From: Eledone cirrhosa
Taxonomy: Eukaryota
Direction: 5' to 3'
Assembly (NCBI GenBank): GCA_964016885.1
Contig: OZ024766.1
Span: forward strand, 15,252,001-15,316,000
DNA: 64,000 bases
Part shown: piece after piece, positions 23,900 to 35,803 of the stretch
Layout: the number at the start of each line of letters is the position of its first letter
Position numbering within the stretch: the first letter of the stretch is position 1
Notes under the pieces: generated by a model
The model's database searches: none
Told to the model about the DNA's origin: nothing
Seen by the model: only the letters and a program-made list of their open reading frames with translations
Made by a program: the position numbers and the translations under genes

Positions 23900-24668
23900 A
23901 ACAACATCAACAATACCTACTACAATATGCAATACCACCACCACTACCACTATCACCAGCAGCAGCAGCAGCAGCACCACCACCACACCAACAACAACAA
24001 AACCAGCATCCTCCTCACCACCACCACCACAACTACCTCCACTCCACCACCACCATCACCACCTACACTCCACCAACACCATCACCAACACCAACATCAT
24101 CCTCACCACCACCAACACCTCCACTCCACCACCACCAACACCATCACCAACACCAACATCATCCTCACCACCACCAACACCTCCACTCCACCACCACCTA
24201 CACTCCACTCCCACTAAAACCACGACAGCCACCTACACTCCACCAACACTATCCTCACCACCACCAGCACAACTACCTACACTCCACCACCACCACCAAC
24301 ACCTCCACTCCACCACCACCTACACTCCCCTCCCACTATAACCACGACAGCCACCTACACTCCACCAACACCATCCTCACCACCACAACTACCTACACTC
24401 CACCACCACCGTCACCACCACCTCCTACACCCCACTCCCACTAAAACCACAACAGCCACCTACACTCCACCACCATCACAACTACCTACACTCCAGCACC
24501 ACCAACACCTCCACTCCAGCACCACCTACACTCCACTCCCACTATAACCATGACAGCCACCTCCACTCCACCACCACCTCCACTCCACTCCCACTATAAC
24601 CACGACAGCCACCAACACTCCACTCCCACTATAACCATGACAACCACCTACACTCCACCACCACCACT
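23900..24668. repeat. (CAC/CCA)-rich low-complexity intronic tract
   Basis: Degenerate trinucleotide and short composite repeats running up to the donor site of the exon at 24672. Confidence 0.9.
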
Positions 24669-24671
24669 CAC

Positions 24672-24806
24672 CTTTACAAGTGTTATTCACATCAATATAT
24701 CCATCTTTACATCCAGTCACACATTTGCCAGTCAATTGATCACATGTCTTTCTGCAGTTGTTGCACTCTTCTTTACAATTTCTTCCATAGAATCCAGGGA
24801 GACATT
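24672..24806 (-). CDS. EGF-like exon (CLPGFYGRNCKEECNNCRKTCDQLTGKCVTGCKDGYIDVNNTCK)
   Basis: ttctag| … |gtgagt; 135 nt. Confidence 0.9.
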
Positions 24807-24844
24807 CTAGAAAGACAAACAATCTTAGTCATTATTTCAATCTA

Positions 24845-25270
24845 GGGCAGTGGATTGGCAGAATCGGTGGAGCATCGAACACCATGCTTTGCGGCATAAA
24901 GTTATGGCCCTTTATGATCTGAGTTCAAATCCCGCCGAGGTTAACTTTGCCTTTCATCCTTACGGGGTCGATAAAATAAAGTACCAGTAATGCACTGGGT
25001 AATTGCTGGCCTTGTGCCTAAAGTAGAAACAATTATTTTAATCAAGGTTGGTGGATTGGCAGTATCGTTAGAGTGTCGAACACCATGCTTTGCGGTATTG
25101 AGTTACGACCCTTTCCATTCTGAGTTCAAAACCCGCCAAAGTTAGCTTGGCCTTTCATCCTTACTGGGTCGATAAAATAAAGTACCAGTCATACACTGGG
25201 GTCATTTGAATCGACTTTCCCCCTTCCCTTCAAATTGCTGGCCTTGTGCCAACAGTAGAAACAATTATTT
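24845..25270 (+). mobile_element. Two tandem copies of SINE family 2
   Basis: GGTGGATTGGCAG..GAGTTCAAATCCCGCC..GCCTTTCATCCTTACGGGGTCGATAAAATAAAGTACCAG..GGCCTTGTGCC..AGAAACAATTATT. Further copies at 28440-28655, 30480-30640, 32560-33450 and 35555-35742. Confidence 0.8.
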
Positions 25271-25303
25271 CAATCTGCACTTTGACAATGCTGTTTATTT
25301 TAA

Positions 25304-26171
25304 CCCTTTAGCATTTACATTACCCTGTATTTACTATTGTATTTTCATGGTAAAGGCTTTACCTCACATAATTATCTCACATAACATTTACATTACCCTG
25401 TATTTACTATTGTATTTTCATGGTAAAGGCTTTACCTCACATAATTATCTCACATAGCATTTACATTACTCTGTATTTACTATTGTATTTTCATGGTAAA
25501 GGCTTTACCTCACATAATTATCTCATAACATTTACATTACTCTGTATTTACTATTGTATTTTCATGGTAAAGGCTTTACCTCACATAATTATCTCATAAC
25601 ATTTACCTTACTCTGTATTTACTATTGTATTTTCATGGTAAAGGCTTTACCTCACATAATTATCTCACATAGCATTTACATTACTCTGTATTTACTATTG
25701 TATTTTCATGGTAAAGGCTTTACCTCACATAATTATCTCATAACATTTACATTACTCTGTATTTACTATTGTATTTTCATGGTAAAGGCTTTACCTCACA
25801 TAATTATCTCACATAACATTTACATTACTCTATATATACTATTGTATTTTCATGGTAAAGGCTTTACTTCACATAATTATCTCACATAACATTTACATTA
25901 CTCTGTATTTACTATTGTATTTTCATGGTAAAGGCTTTACCTCACATAATTATCTCACATAACATTTACCTTACTCTGTATTTACTATTGTATTTTCATG
26001 GTAAAGGCTTTACCTCACATAATTATCTCACATAATATTGAATCTACAAGATTTTAATATTATTTATTTTGAGAAGAAAACCTTAACATCAGTATGAGTG
26101 GCCAGTTGCAGCTGATTTGAACAGAGGTTAGAGAATTCTGGCCGGATATGGCCAGTTTAAATGCTAAAGGG
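25304..26171. mobile_element. piggyBac-like MITE expanded by an internal 71-73 bp tandem array (~10 copies)
   Basis: TTAA-CCCTTTAGCATTTA … TAAATGCTAAAGGG-TTAA; array at ~25312-26035. Confidence 0.88.
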
Positions 26172-27844
26172 TTAAACTGTTTACATTCCATTATAATTTC
26201 ATGTAAGAACCTTTGTTAAGTTATATTCCAAACCACCTGAACTGCCCCAGGTTCTATGCTACAAAATTGTTTATTCCAAAGCCTTTATATTATCTAAAAA
26301 TCTTCCATCTAATTTCATGTAAGAACCTTTGTTAAGTTACATTCCAAACCACCTGAAACTGCCCTTATTCCACTTTAAGTTTACGGTTCATTTCTTTTTC
26401 ATTTAGAATTGTCTCCTGCAAGAACATAGATGAAAATGGATGAAAATGCACAAAAATTCAAACTGGTTATAATCAACAAGTAAAATCTTTTTCATTTTTT
26501 TTTTTTTTGGCATGGCATTGGAAAAGCATCACACTGTCTAAAAAAGTCTGTCTTAAACCAGAAGGCTTGTTAGGCCAATGCTTATCTCGGTTTCATGGCA
26601 TGAAGCAACTTGAAGTACAAGACACCTTGCTGTGACAGCACATGGCTTAGTGGTTAGAGCATTGGGTTTGCAATCGAAAGGTTGTGAGTTCAATTCTCGA
26701 ACCAGGTGATGTGTTGTTTCCTTGAGCAAGACACTTTATTTCACATTGCTCCAGTTTACTCAGCTGTAGAAATGAAATGATAGGACTGGGGTCCCTATCA
26801 TTAAATTACCCTAGACACCTCCAACGAGATATACCTTGGAGGAGGCCAGCTAAACCTGCATATGTGTGAGCTGTAACAACAACAACCTCCCTGGACAGGA
26901 CACCAGTCCATCACAGTGTTAAACCTCCAGCTATTACTGGTACTCATTTTCAGCTATATAATACAATATATTTTTCGTTAGGCTGGTGCTTATCTCTGTT
27001 TCATGGCGTGAAGCGACTGGGAGTACAAGATTCCCTTCTGGACAGGACACCAGTCCATCACAGGGTTAAACCTCCAGCTATTACTGGTACTCATTTTCAG
27101 CTGAGTATACTGGAGCAATGTGAAGTGAAGTGTTTTGCTCAAGAACACAACATGTAACCCAGCTCAGGAATCGAACCCATGACATTATGATTCTAAGTCC
27201 AACACCCTTACCACTAGGCAATGCACCAAACTGTGCAACTCCTAAATATTTTTGTATCTCCTCGTGTTTGTGTTTTTGTAGTTTTTATGTCAAATGAATT
27301 CAGAGCATAATCGACATGAAATGATTTCAACTAAAACCTGTTTCCTTATAAATATGAAACACCCTAATATATATGTATATATGTTAAAGGTATATTATAA
27401 AGAGAAAGGACCTGCTGGCTGAGCTCTTGCTCTTTATAAAATAGCCATGCTCTACTACCGCAGGCTTTGTGTTGTGTTCTTGAGCAAGACACTTTATTTC
27501 ACGTTGCTCCAGTTCACTCAGCTGTGGAAATGGGTTGCGATGTCACTGGTGCCAAGCTGTATCGGCCATTGCCTTTCCCTTGGAAAATATCAGTGGCATA
27601 GAGAGGGGAGGCTGTTATGCATGGGCTACTGCTGGTCTTCCACAAAACAACCTTGCCCAGACTTGTGCCTTGGAGGGGAACTTTCTAGACTCAAATTCTA
27701 TGGTCATTCGTGACCGAAGGATCTCTTTACCTTTTACCCTTACTAACCCATGTATCGAATACTCTGTTCAGTAATGGTCTAACTAGTTTTAAACTGGTTC
27801 TATCCTGATTTATGTTAAAGGTATAAAGGTATCTATATACTTAC

Positions 27845-28045
27845 GAAAGACCTCCACTTCACACATGCTAAGGCTAGGTCCTGACAGCAGAATTATTGTG
27901 ATTTTGTTGCCCTTAACAGGACTAGAACATTGCACATCAATAACTTTTGTCTTCTCTAGATTGGAAATCTTCTCACATATTCTGTGTTTTTTGTCATTTG
28001 ATACCAACACTATTATTGAGAATTTATTTTGTGCTGCAGAAAAAC
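27845..28045 (-). CDS. Fucolectin-like domain, C-terminal exon (…VQCSSPVKGNKITIILLSGPSLSMCEVEVF)
   Basis: taccag| … |gtaagt; 201 nt; the LxxCEVEVF ending is typical of F-type lectin-like domains. Confidence 0.88.
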
Positions 28046-28280
28046 CTGGTAAGAAAGTTAAAACAAAAAACAAATAGCAATGGTATTTGGTGGTGGTGGT
28101 GGTGGTGATGGTGGTGAGGAGGAGGGAGGTTTGGGTAAAGTTTAGTCAAAAACTGATTGGCAAACATGGGCTTGGACCAGTGCAAGATTTAGGGCACATG
28201 AAGCCCTGTGCTAGTTACGTTATGAGGCCTCTTACTCGTAAAAAATTCATCATAAAAAATTGTGCCAAATTTAGAATTAA

Positions 28281-29454
28281 CCCTTTAGCATTTAAACCGG
28301 TTGTATTCGGCCAGAATTTTCTCAACTCTTTCTATTCAAACTGGCTGTAACTGGACACTCATACTTATATTAAGGTATTGTTCTCAAAATAAATAACATC
28401 AAAATCTCATAGATTCGATATTATGTGAGATAATTATGAGGGCGGTGGTTTGGCAGTATCGGTAGAGGGTCGGACGCCATGCTTTGCTGCATAGAGTTAC
28501 GGCCCTTTATGATTTTAGTTCAATCCCGCCGAGGTTAACTTTGCCTTTCATCCTTATGGGGTTGATAAAATAAAGTACCAGTCACTCACTGGGGTCGATT
28601 TAATCGACGTTCACCTACCCCAAAATTGCTGGCCTTGTGCCTATATAAAAAACCATTATGTGAGATAATTATGAGGTAAAGCCTTTACTGTGTCAATACA
28701 ATAGTATATATAGAGTAATGTAAATGTTATGTGAGATATTATGTGAGGTAAAGCCTTTACTGTGACAATACAATAGTATATATAGAGTAGTGTAAATGTT
28801 ATGTGAGATATTATGTGAGGTAAAGCCTTTACTGTGTAAATACAATAGTATATATAGAGTAATGTAAATGTTATGTGAGATATTATGTGAGGTAAAGCCT
28901 TTACTGTGACAATACAATAGTATATATAGAGTAATGTAAATGTTATGTGAGGTATTATGTGAGGTAAAGCCTTTACTGTGACAATACAATAGTATATATA
29001 GAGTAATGTAAATGTTATGTGAGATATTATGTGAGGTAAAGCCTTTACTGTGACAATACAATAGTATATATAGAGTAATGTAAATGTTATGTGAGATATT
29101 ATGTGAGGTAAAGCCTTTACTGTGACAATACAATAGTATATATAGAGTAATGTAAATGTTATGTGAGGTATTATGTGAGGTAAAGCCTTTACTGTGACAA
29201 TACAATAGTATATATAGAGTAATGTAAATGTTATGTGAGATATTATGTGAGGTAAAGCCTTTACTGTGACAATACAATAGTATATATAGAGTAATGTAAA
29301 TGTTATGTGAGGTATTATGTGAGGTAAAGCCTTTACTGTGAAAATACAATAGTATATATAGAGTAATGTAAATGTTATGTGAGATATTATGTGAGGTAAA
29401 GCCTTTACTGTGAAAATACAATAGTATATATAGAGTAATGTAAATGCTAAAGAG
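28281..29454. mobile_element. piggyBac-like MITE with a nested SINE and an internal 72-bp tandem array (~10.5 copies)
   Basis: TTAA-CCCTTTAGCATTTA … TAAATGCTAAAGAG-TTAA; gcctttactg recurs at 28681, 28753, 29041 and 29401. Confidence 0.88.
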
Positions 29455-29744
29455 TTAAAACATAACTTAACAAATGTTCTTACATAAAGTTAGGATAGAA
29501 GGTTTTAAGATAGTTATAAACATTTTATCATAAACTAAGATGCGTGGCTCTGTTTAGAGTATTCGCCTCACAATCGTAAGGTCATGAGTTTGTTTACCAG
29601 CGGAGTGTTGTGTCCTTGAGCAAGACACTTTATTTCATATTGTTCCAGTTCACTCAGCTGGCAAAAATGAGTTGTACCTGTAATTCAAAGGGTCAGCCTT
29701 GTCACACTCTGTGTCATGCTGAATCTCCCTGAGAGCTATGTTAA

Positions 29745-29965
29745 CCCTTTAGCATTTAAACTGGCCATATCCGGCCAGAATTCTCTCACATCTTTCTGTT
29801 CAAACCAGCCATAACTGGCTGCTCATACTTATGTGAAGTTATTGTTCTCAAAATATATAATATCAAAATCTCATAGATTTGATATTATGTGAGATAATTA
29901 TGTAAGATAAAGCCTTTACCACAAAAATGTAATATTAGATATGGAGTAATGTAAATGCTAAAGGG
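29745..29965. mobile_element. piggyBac-like MITE, unexpanded 221-bp form, inserted in a SINE
   Basis: TTAA on both sides and perfect 14-bp TIRs CCCTTTAGCATTTA/TAAATGCTAAAGGG. Confidence 0.9.
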
Positions 29966-30202
29966 TTAAGGGTATGCATGTCTGTGGAATACTCAGCCAC
30001 TTGCACGTTAATTTCATGAGCAGGCTGTTCCAGTAATAGTGTCAACTGGAACACTCATTGTTGTAACCGACAGTGCCAGTTCAAGTTCAAGAGGTAGAGT
30101 TGATTCAGACAGTTTGGTATCCAAACAGTTAAACAATTAGGAACATGTGTGTTTCATGCCATTTATAAATAAATGTCTTTAGTAAATGGTGACATTCTAG
30201 AA

Positions 30203-31377
30203 CAGAGGTTCTCAAACTTTTTGGGGCCATCGCCCCCCACACGGCCTTGTAATACTATCTAAAACACCACACCTATTTCCAGAGAGACCTACCTACAAGC
30301 AAATTGTAAATATAAAAAAAAGGAACGATTGACTTTCGTCAAATCGGACCGAGGAAACAATGTTTCCGTTGGTCTTTCCAATTGCTAATACTATCTATCG
30401 GTCGCAACTCCAGGTCGAAGGAGCAACGTGAAATAAAGTAAATAATATATAATACATAAAATGGTTGATATATAATAAATAATTCTTTCTACTTTTGGCA
30501 CAAGGCCAGCAATTACTCCAGTGTATTACTGGTACTGTATTTTATCGACCCAGTAAAGGTGAAAGGCAAAATTAACCTAGGAGGGATTTAAAGTCAGATA
30601 ATAAAGGGCCGTAACTCTATGCTGCAAAACATGGTGTCCTACCTTCTATAATATATCGACAGTCGATCAACTTCCATCAAATTGGACCACGGAATCAATG
30701 CTTCCATTGGTCTTTCCAATTGCTAATACTATCTATCAGTTGCAACTCCAGGTAGAAAGAACAACCTCACAACCTCACGATTGCAAATCCGATTCTCTAA
30801 TCACTCAGCCTTCACTATCATCATCATTATCATCATTTTACATCCGCTTTTCCCTGCTTGTAAGGGTGGGACAGGTCTTATTAAACACAGCATCTCTCCA
30901 TTTGTCACGGTTCCTTGTCATCTCCTCCATGAGCCTCAGTGATCTGAGGTCTGCTCTCACCACCTCTGCCCATGTTTTTCGTGATCTTCCTCTACTGTGT
31001 CTTCCTTCTACTGTGATTTCTTGGCAGTTCTTTACCTAGCTGTCATCCACCATGCGCATCACATGTCCATACCAACAGTCTTCTCTCCCACACACTACAA
31101 CTTATCCCTCTTATACACAGTTTCTCTCTCAACTCGTCTATACTTTGTCGTTCACACACATTGACATCACACATGCAACAGCATATACTTGCTTCATTTC
31201 TATCCACTATATAATATATACTATGTATCAATAAATATCATATACTTTTTTTATTTTACTATATTTATATATAAAATTTATCATTTGATATTTGATATAC
31301 TATTATATCCTCTCCACCCCCATCCTTAAGCCCCAGCACCCCTCTTGGGGCAGTAGCACCCACTTTGAGAACCTCTG
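30203..31377. mobile_element. hAT (Charlie-like) non-autonomous element with nested SINE and RTE fragments
   Basis: TIRs CAGAGGTTCTCAAA/TTTGAGAACCTCTG; 8-bp TSD ttctagaa/ttctagag. Confidence 0.85.
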
Positions 31378-31456
31378 TTCTAGAGGGAAGTGAAATTGTA
31401 AAGTGTAACAGGCAAGAAGACAACATTTTTCCAAACAAACAAAAAAACCAACTTAC

Positions 31457-31714
31457 TATCAATATAGTTATAATATATCCTTAGTTGGGAAATATCGTAT
31501 GTTTGTCTGAGTTCAAGAGTCTACAATGATGTTGGAAAGCTCATTGTATGAGAACAAGATCTGTGTTGTGGGTTTTGATCGAAGTTACCATCTACAGCCA
31601 GGTTAGCTGACATTGAGTACATTTCATTGCGACAAACATTGTTTTTCATTAGAATTACACTGCTTGTTTTGTCTGTCGTGGTTTGTGTAGCTACTTCACC
31701 AATAGCTATATTTC
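31457..31714 (-). CDS. Fucolectin-like domain, N-terminal exon with in-frame TAG (NIAIGEVATQTT…ANLAVDGNFDQNPQHRSCSHT…PTSL*TLELRQTYDISQLRIY)
   Basis: tgtcag| … |gtaagt; 258 nt. The NxA..A.Q, AVDGN and CSHT motifs are present, and the frame stays domain-like after the stop. Confidence 0.85.
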
Positions 31715-32345
31715 CTGACAAAGAATGAAAGAAAATTTAATGAAAGTCAATTACTATGAAATGAAATGGATCTCAGTCAGTTGAAATGATGATTGATCCA
31801 GTGGGAAAAGACAAATGGTTTTCTATATACTAAACTTTTGAAATATCTTTTACGTTATCTCTAAATTATTCCATATTTCCAGTAGAGGCATGTGGCCTAG
31901 TGTTAAGTGTGTTGGACTTACAATCATAATGTCATGGGTTCGATTTCTGGGGTGGGTTGTGTGTTGTGTTCTTGAGCAAAACACTTCATTTCACGTTGCT
32001 CCAGTATACTCTGCTGAAAATGAGCACCAGCAATAGCTGTGGAGGGTGTAACCCTGCAATGGACTGATGTCCTGTCCAGGAGGAAGTCTTGTACTCACAG
32101 TCGCTTTATGCCATGAAACCAGGATAAGCATTGGCCTAATGAGCCTTCAGGCTTGAGACAGTATAGTCCTATACGAACGAGACACGGTCACCCGACCAAT
32201 CTTGCCTCAATTGGGACAACTCCCGACTAACCCATGCTAGCATGGAAGATAGATGTAAACGATGATGAGGATGATGATGATATAGCAACCTCGGCCTCAA
32301 CAGTGACAGCAACAACAACGGCATGATAATTAGAAATCTACTTAC

Positions 32346-32489
32346 TATAGGTTTTTACTTGGCAATCCGGTCCAGTCCATCCTTCTTCACAGCCATATGG
32401 GCAAGCCCCAGTTTGTTGATGGCAGTCAGCATCGTTTAAACAATGGCATTGCTTGTTACAAGTATATCCATACCATTGAGATGCACAAC
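32346..32489 (-). CDS. EGF-like exon (CASQWYGYTCNKQCHCLNDADCHQQTGACPYGCEEGWTGPDCQ)
   Basis: acatag| … |gtaagt; 144 nt; not in the supplied ORF track. Confidence 0.9.
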
Positions 32490-33606
32490 CTATGTTAAAA
32501 GTTAGAATTTATCACACTGATGGACTACATTTCCACAGTTCTCTCTCATCTACAGTTAATTGTTTCTACTATTTGGCACAAGGTACCAGTAATACACAGG
32601 GGTAATTGCTGAATTACCTCAGTGCATTACTGGAACTTTATTTTATTGACCCCCCCATAAGAATGAAAGGCAAACCTTGGCGGGTTTGAAATCAGAACGT
32701 AAAGGTCCATAACTCTATGCTGCAAAGCATGGTGTCTGACACTCTACGGATTACTGCCAATCCAATAATAATAATTGTTTCTACTTTTGGCACAAGGCCA
32801 GCCAGCAATTACCCCCAGTGCATTACTGGTACTTTATTTTATCGACCTCCGTAAGAATGAAAGGCAAAGCTAACTTCAGCAGGATTTGAACTCAGAACGT
32901 AAAGGGCCATAATTCTATGCTGCAAAACATGGTGTCTGATGCTCTACGGATTACTGCCAGTCCAATCCAGCAATTACCCCCAGTGCATTACTGGTACTTT
33001 ATTTTATCGACCCCTGTAAGGATGAAAGGCAAAGTTAACCTCGGCGGGATTTGAACTCAGAACATAAAGGGCCGTAAACATGATGTCTGACACTCTACCG
33101 ATTACTGCCAGTCTCACATAATTATCTCACCTAATATTATGGTCTGAGTTCAAATCCCGTCGAGGATAACTTTACCATTCATCCTTACGGGGTCGATAAA
33201 ATAAAGTACCAGTAATACACTAGGGTAATTGCTGGCCTTGTGCCCCCAAAAGTAGAAACATAATATTGAATATATTAGATTTTGATATTATCTATTTTGA
33301 GAACATTATCTTAACATTAATAAGGGCGGTGGGTTGGCAGTATCAGTGGAGGGTCGGACGCCATGCTTTCCAGCATAGAGTTACGGCCCTTTACGATCTG
33401 AGTAATGCACTGGGTAATTGCTGGCCTTGTGCCCAAAGTAGAAACAATTATCTTAACATTAATATGAACGGCTGGTTACAGCCAGTTTGAACAGAAAGAG
33501 GTGAGAGAATTCTGGCCAGATACAGTCGCTTTAAATGCTAAAGGGTTAACAGTCACAGTTTGTAGAGATTAACAACTAAAGTTTGAATGAATAAAGATCA
33601 ACAGAC

Positions 33607-33756
33607 CTGATAATGATAATGTTTTGATACAGGTACCCTCTCCTTTTATAGAAATAGACCAAGCGTTTACATCCCCTGAACAGCTCAAAGGTCTGGTTGT
33701 ACATATTGATTTACAAAAGGGTTCCTTAGATTTGTCAAAAAATACCAAAACAGTCT
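33607..33756 (-). CDS. Probable upstream exon of the same gene (TVLVFFDKSKEPFCKSICTTRPLSCSGDVNAWSISIKGEGTCIKTLSLS)
   Basis: tttcag| … |gtctgt; 150 nt, open, phase 1-1 like the other exons; weaker donor, and no domain recognised. Confidence 0.65.
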
Positions 33757-33771
33757 CTGAAATGAGAAGTG

Positions 33772-33826
<55 letters not shown>

Positions 33827-34195
33827 TCATCATCAACGTTTAACGTCCGTGTTCCACGCTTGCATGGGTTTGGACGGGGGTATTGCCACTTGAGGCAAGA
33901 GTGATTGTCTTGCTCGCATAGGACTGTCTGGCAGGTTTTCTACAGTTGGATGCCCTTCCTAATACCAACCACATTTACAGTGTGGGACTGGGAGGTTTTT
34001 ACCGTAATATACATATATAATATATATATAATATATATATATAATATACATATATAATATATATATATAATATATATATATATAATATACATATATAATA
34101 TATATATAATATATATATATAATATATATATATATAATATACATATATAATATATATATAATATATATATATAATAGATATATAATATATATATA

Positions 34196-35517
34196 TCTAT
34201 ACTATAAAGCTGATGGCCGTATGTAGGTACAAACTTTCTGCCAAACGGCTAGACCAAACAGCACCAAATTTGCTCCATAGATGTAACTTTTTCCAAGTAA
34301 AAAAGTGAGGGTATTTTTGTCTACTGAATGATTAAAGACATTATTTAAATATTCACTTCTTTAAAATTTCAAACATCAACACTTCCGGTTATACGTCATT
34401 CCTCACTTTTCTTATGACGTCACACAACATTCCCCTCTTTTTCTTAGTCTGTATGTCTGGCTGTCTGCATTAGATAACGTTTTTCGAAATATTTACTTCT
34501 GCGTTCACAGACTGATATTTTTAGTTTCAGAAGATCCCGTTAAGGGTGAAAGCAGCGATTCTTTGCTTAAACTTTAATCTGTTATTTTAATATATATATT
34601 CGTGTACAGATATTTTTGCATACACAAAAACAAAAACCTATTTATTTCATGAAAGCACAGACAGCTTATCGTCATTGTTACTGTTCGAGGTTAGAGGACC
34701 ACAGTCTTTCCAAGATCTGAGAACCATCAATGGCCATCAATGTTCCACTTACTGTTAGGCTTGCCAGATGCGTGGTATGTTACATGATGACAGCCATTGA
34801 CACCTCACCCTGCTAAATAGCTAAAGTCCCTTCTCAGCTGCGAAAACCTTTTGCTATTATGCTGCACAACTGCGATATCGCCGAGCCTCTCGCACTGTGG
34901 AACAACCACTGCGAAAGTCTAGCTGAGGACATCCTCCACCGCACACGCAGACACAATCCAAACCTAACATACAATGTCGTTTTCAATGAGGCGCTCATTT
35001 GTCTTGAAAACAGAGTCCTGGAGAATGGTGGTCGGCCTCTAGGCCACTACAGCTTACCTGCTCCTGACAGGAGTATCCAGAGGTCAACGTCTACAGAGCT
35101 TCTCTGCGAGACGAGCTACGAAATCAGTGATTCTCCCATGGTCAATTGTATGTAGGATGCTCTAGGGTTAGCTTACCAAACAATCTTTGCTCCGGAGGGC
35201 TGAACAAAAAATATTTTATACTCTGAGGCTCTAACAATGTAATTTAAATATTTTCTGTTAATTAGAATTTCCATTATGGTTGTACAAATTATTGTTTGTT
35301 AAAAAATGTGTTCTCTGTTCAGCCTTTATTGTTGTAACTATCAATTTTCTTTAACGTACTGGCTGCTGAAGTGGGGAATCTTAAAAACTATTGAAACCCA
35401 ACACCAGAGCACATTAACCCCCAAGCCCTCGCTTACTTGAGAGGGTATGCGGTATCTTTCCTGAAAAGATAAAATGCCGGTATACTTAGCCAGGCACCAG
35501 CCGGAAAGGCCAGCTAG
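34196..35517 (+). mobile_element. Non-autonomous Helitron with both termini and an internal RepHel remnant
   Basis: A|TCTATACTATAAAG at 34196; GC-rich imperfect hairpin followed by CTAG|T at 35517; internal RGPQSFQDLRTING..LWNNHCESLAEDILH fragment at 34680-35140. Confidence 0.85.
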
Positions 35518-35739
35518 TAATATATATATATAATAAATATATAATATATATATAATTGTTTCTACTTTTGGCACAAGGCCAGCAATTACACAGTTCATTA
35601 CTGGTACTTTATTTTATCGACCCGCTAAGGATGAAAGGCAAAGTTAACCTTGACGGGATTTGAACTCAGGCCGTAAAGGGACATAGCTATGCTGGAAAGC
35701 ATGGCGTCCGACCCTCTACCGATACTGCCAATTCACCGC

Positions 35740-35800
<61 letters not shown>

Positions 35801-35803
<3 letters not shown>

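Larger units (their letters stand above)
22847..33756 (-). pseudogene. Multi-exon gene fragment encoding EGF-like repeats plus a fucolectin (F-type lectin-like) domain, MEGF/receptor-ectodomain type; two in-frame stops
   Basis: Seven phase 1-1 exons with canonical AG/GT ends (150, 144, 258, 201, 135, 138 and 138 nt) splice in frame. Stops: TAG at 31521-31523 and TGA at 23515-23517. First and last exons were not located. Confidence 0.75.

Noticed and set aside
23707-24444. 245-aa Pro/His/Thr-rich ORF
   Set aside because: Made of an 87-bp repeat plus CAC low-complexity sequence, antisense within an intron.
26640-26705. tRNA gene candidates (also 20230, 23085, 31890, 46830)
   Set aside because: A/B boxes run directly into a shared SINE body and the acceptor stems do not pair; these are SINE heads.
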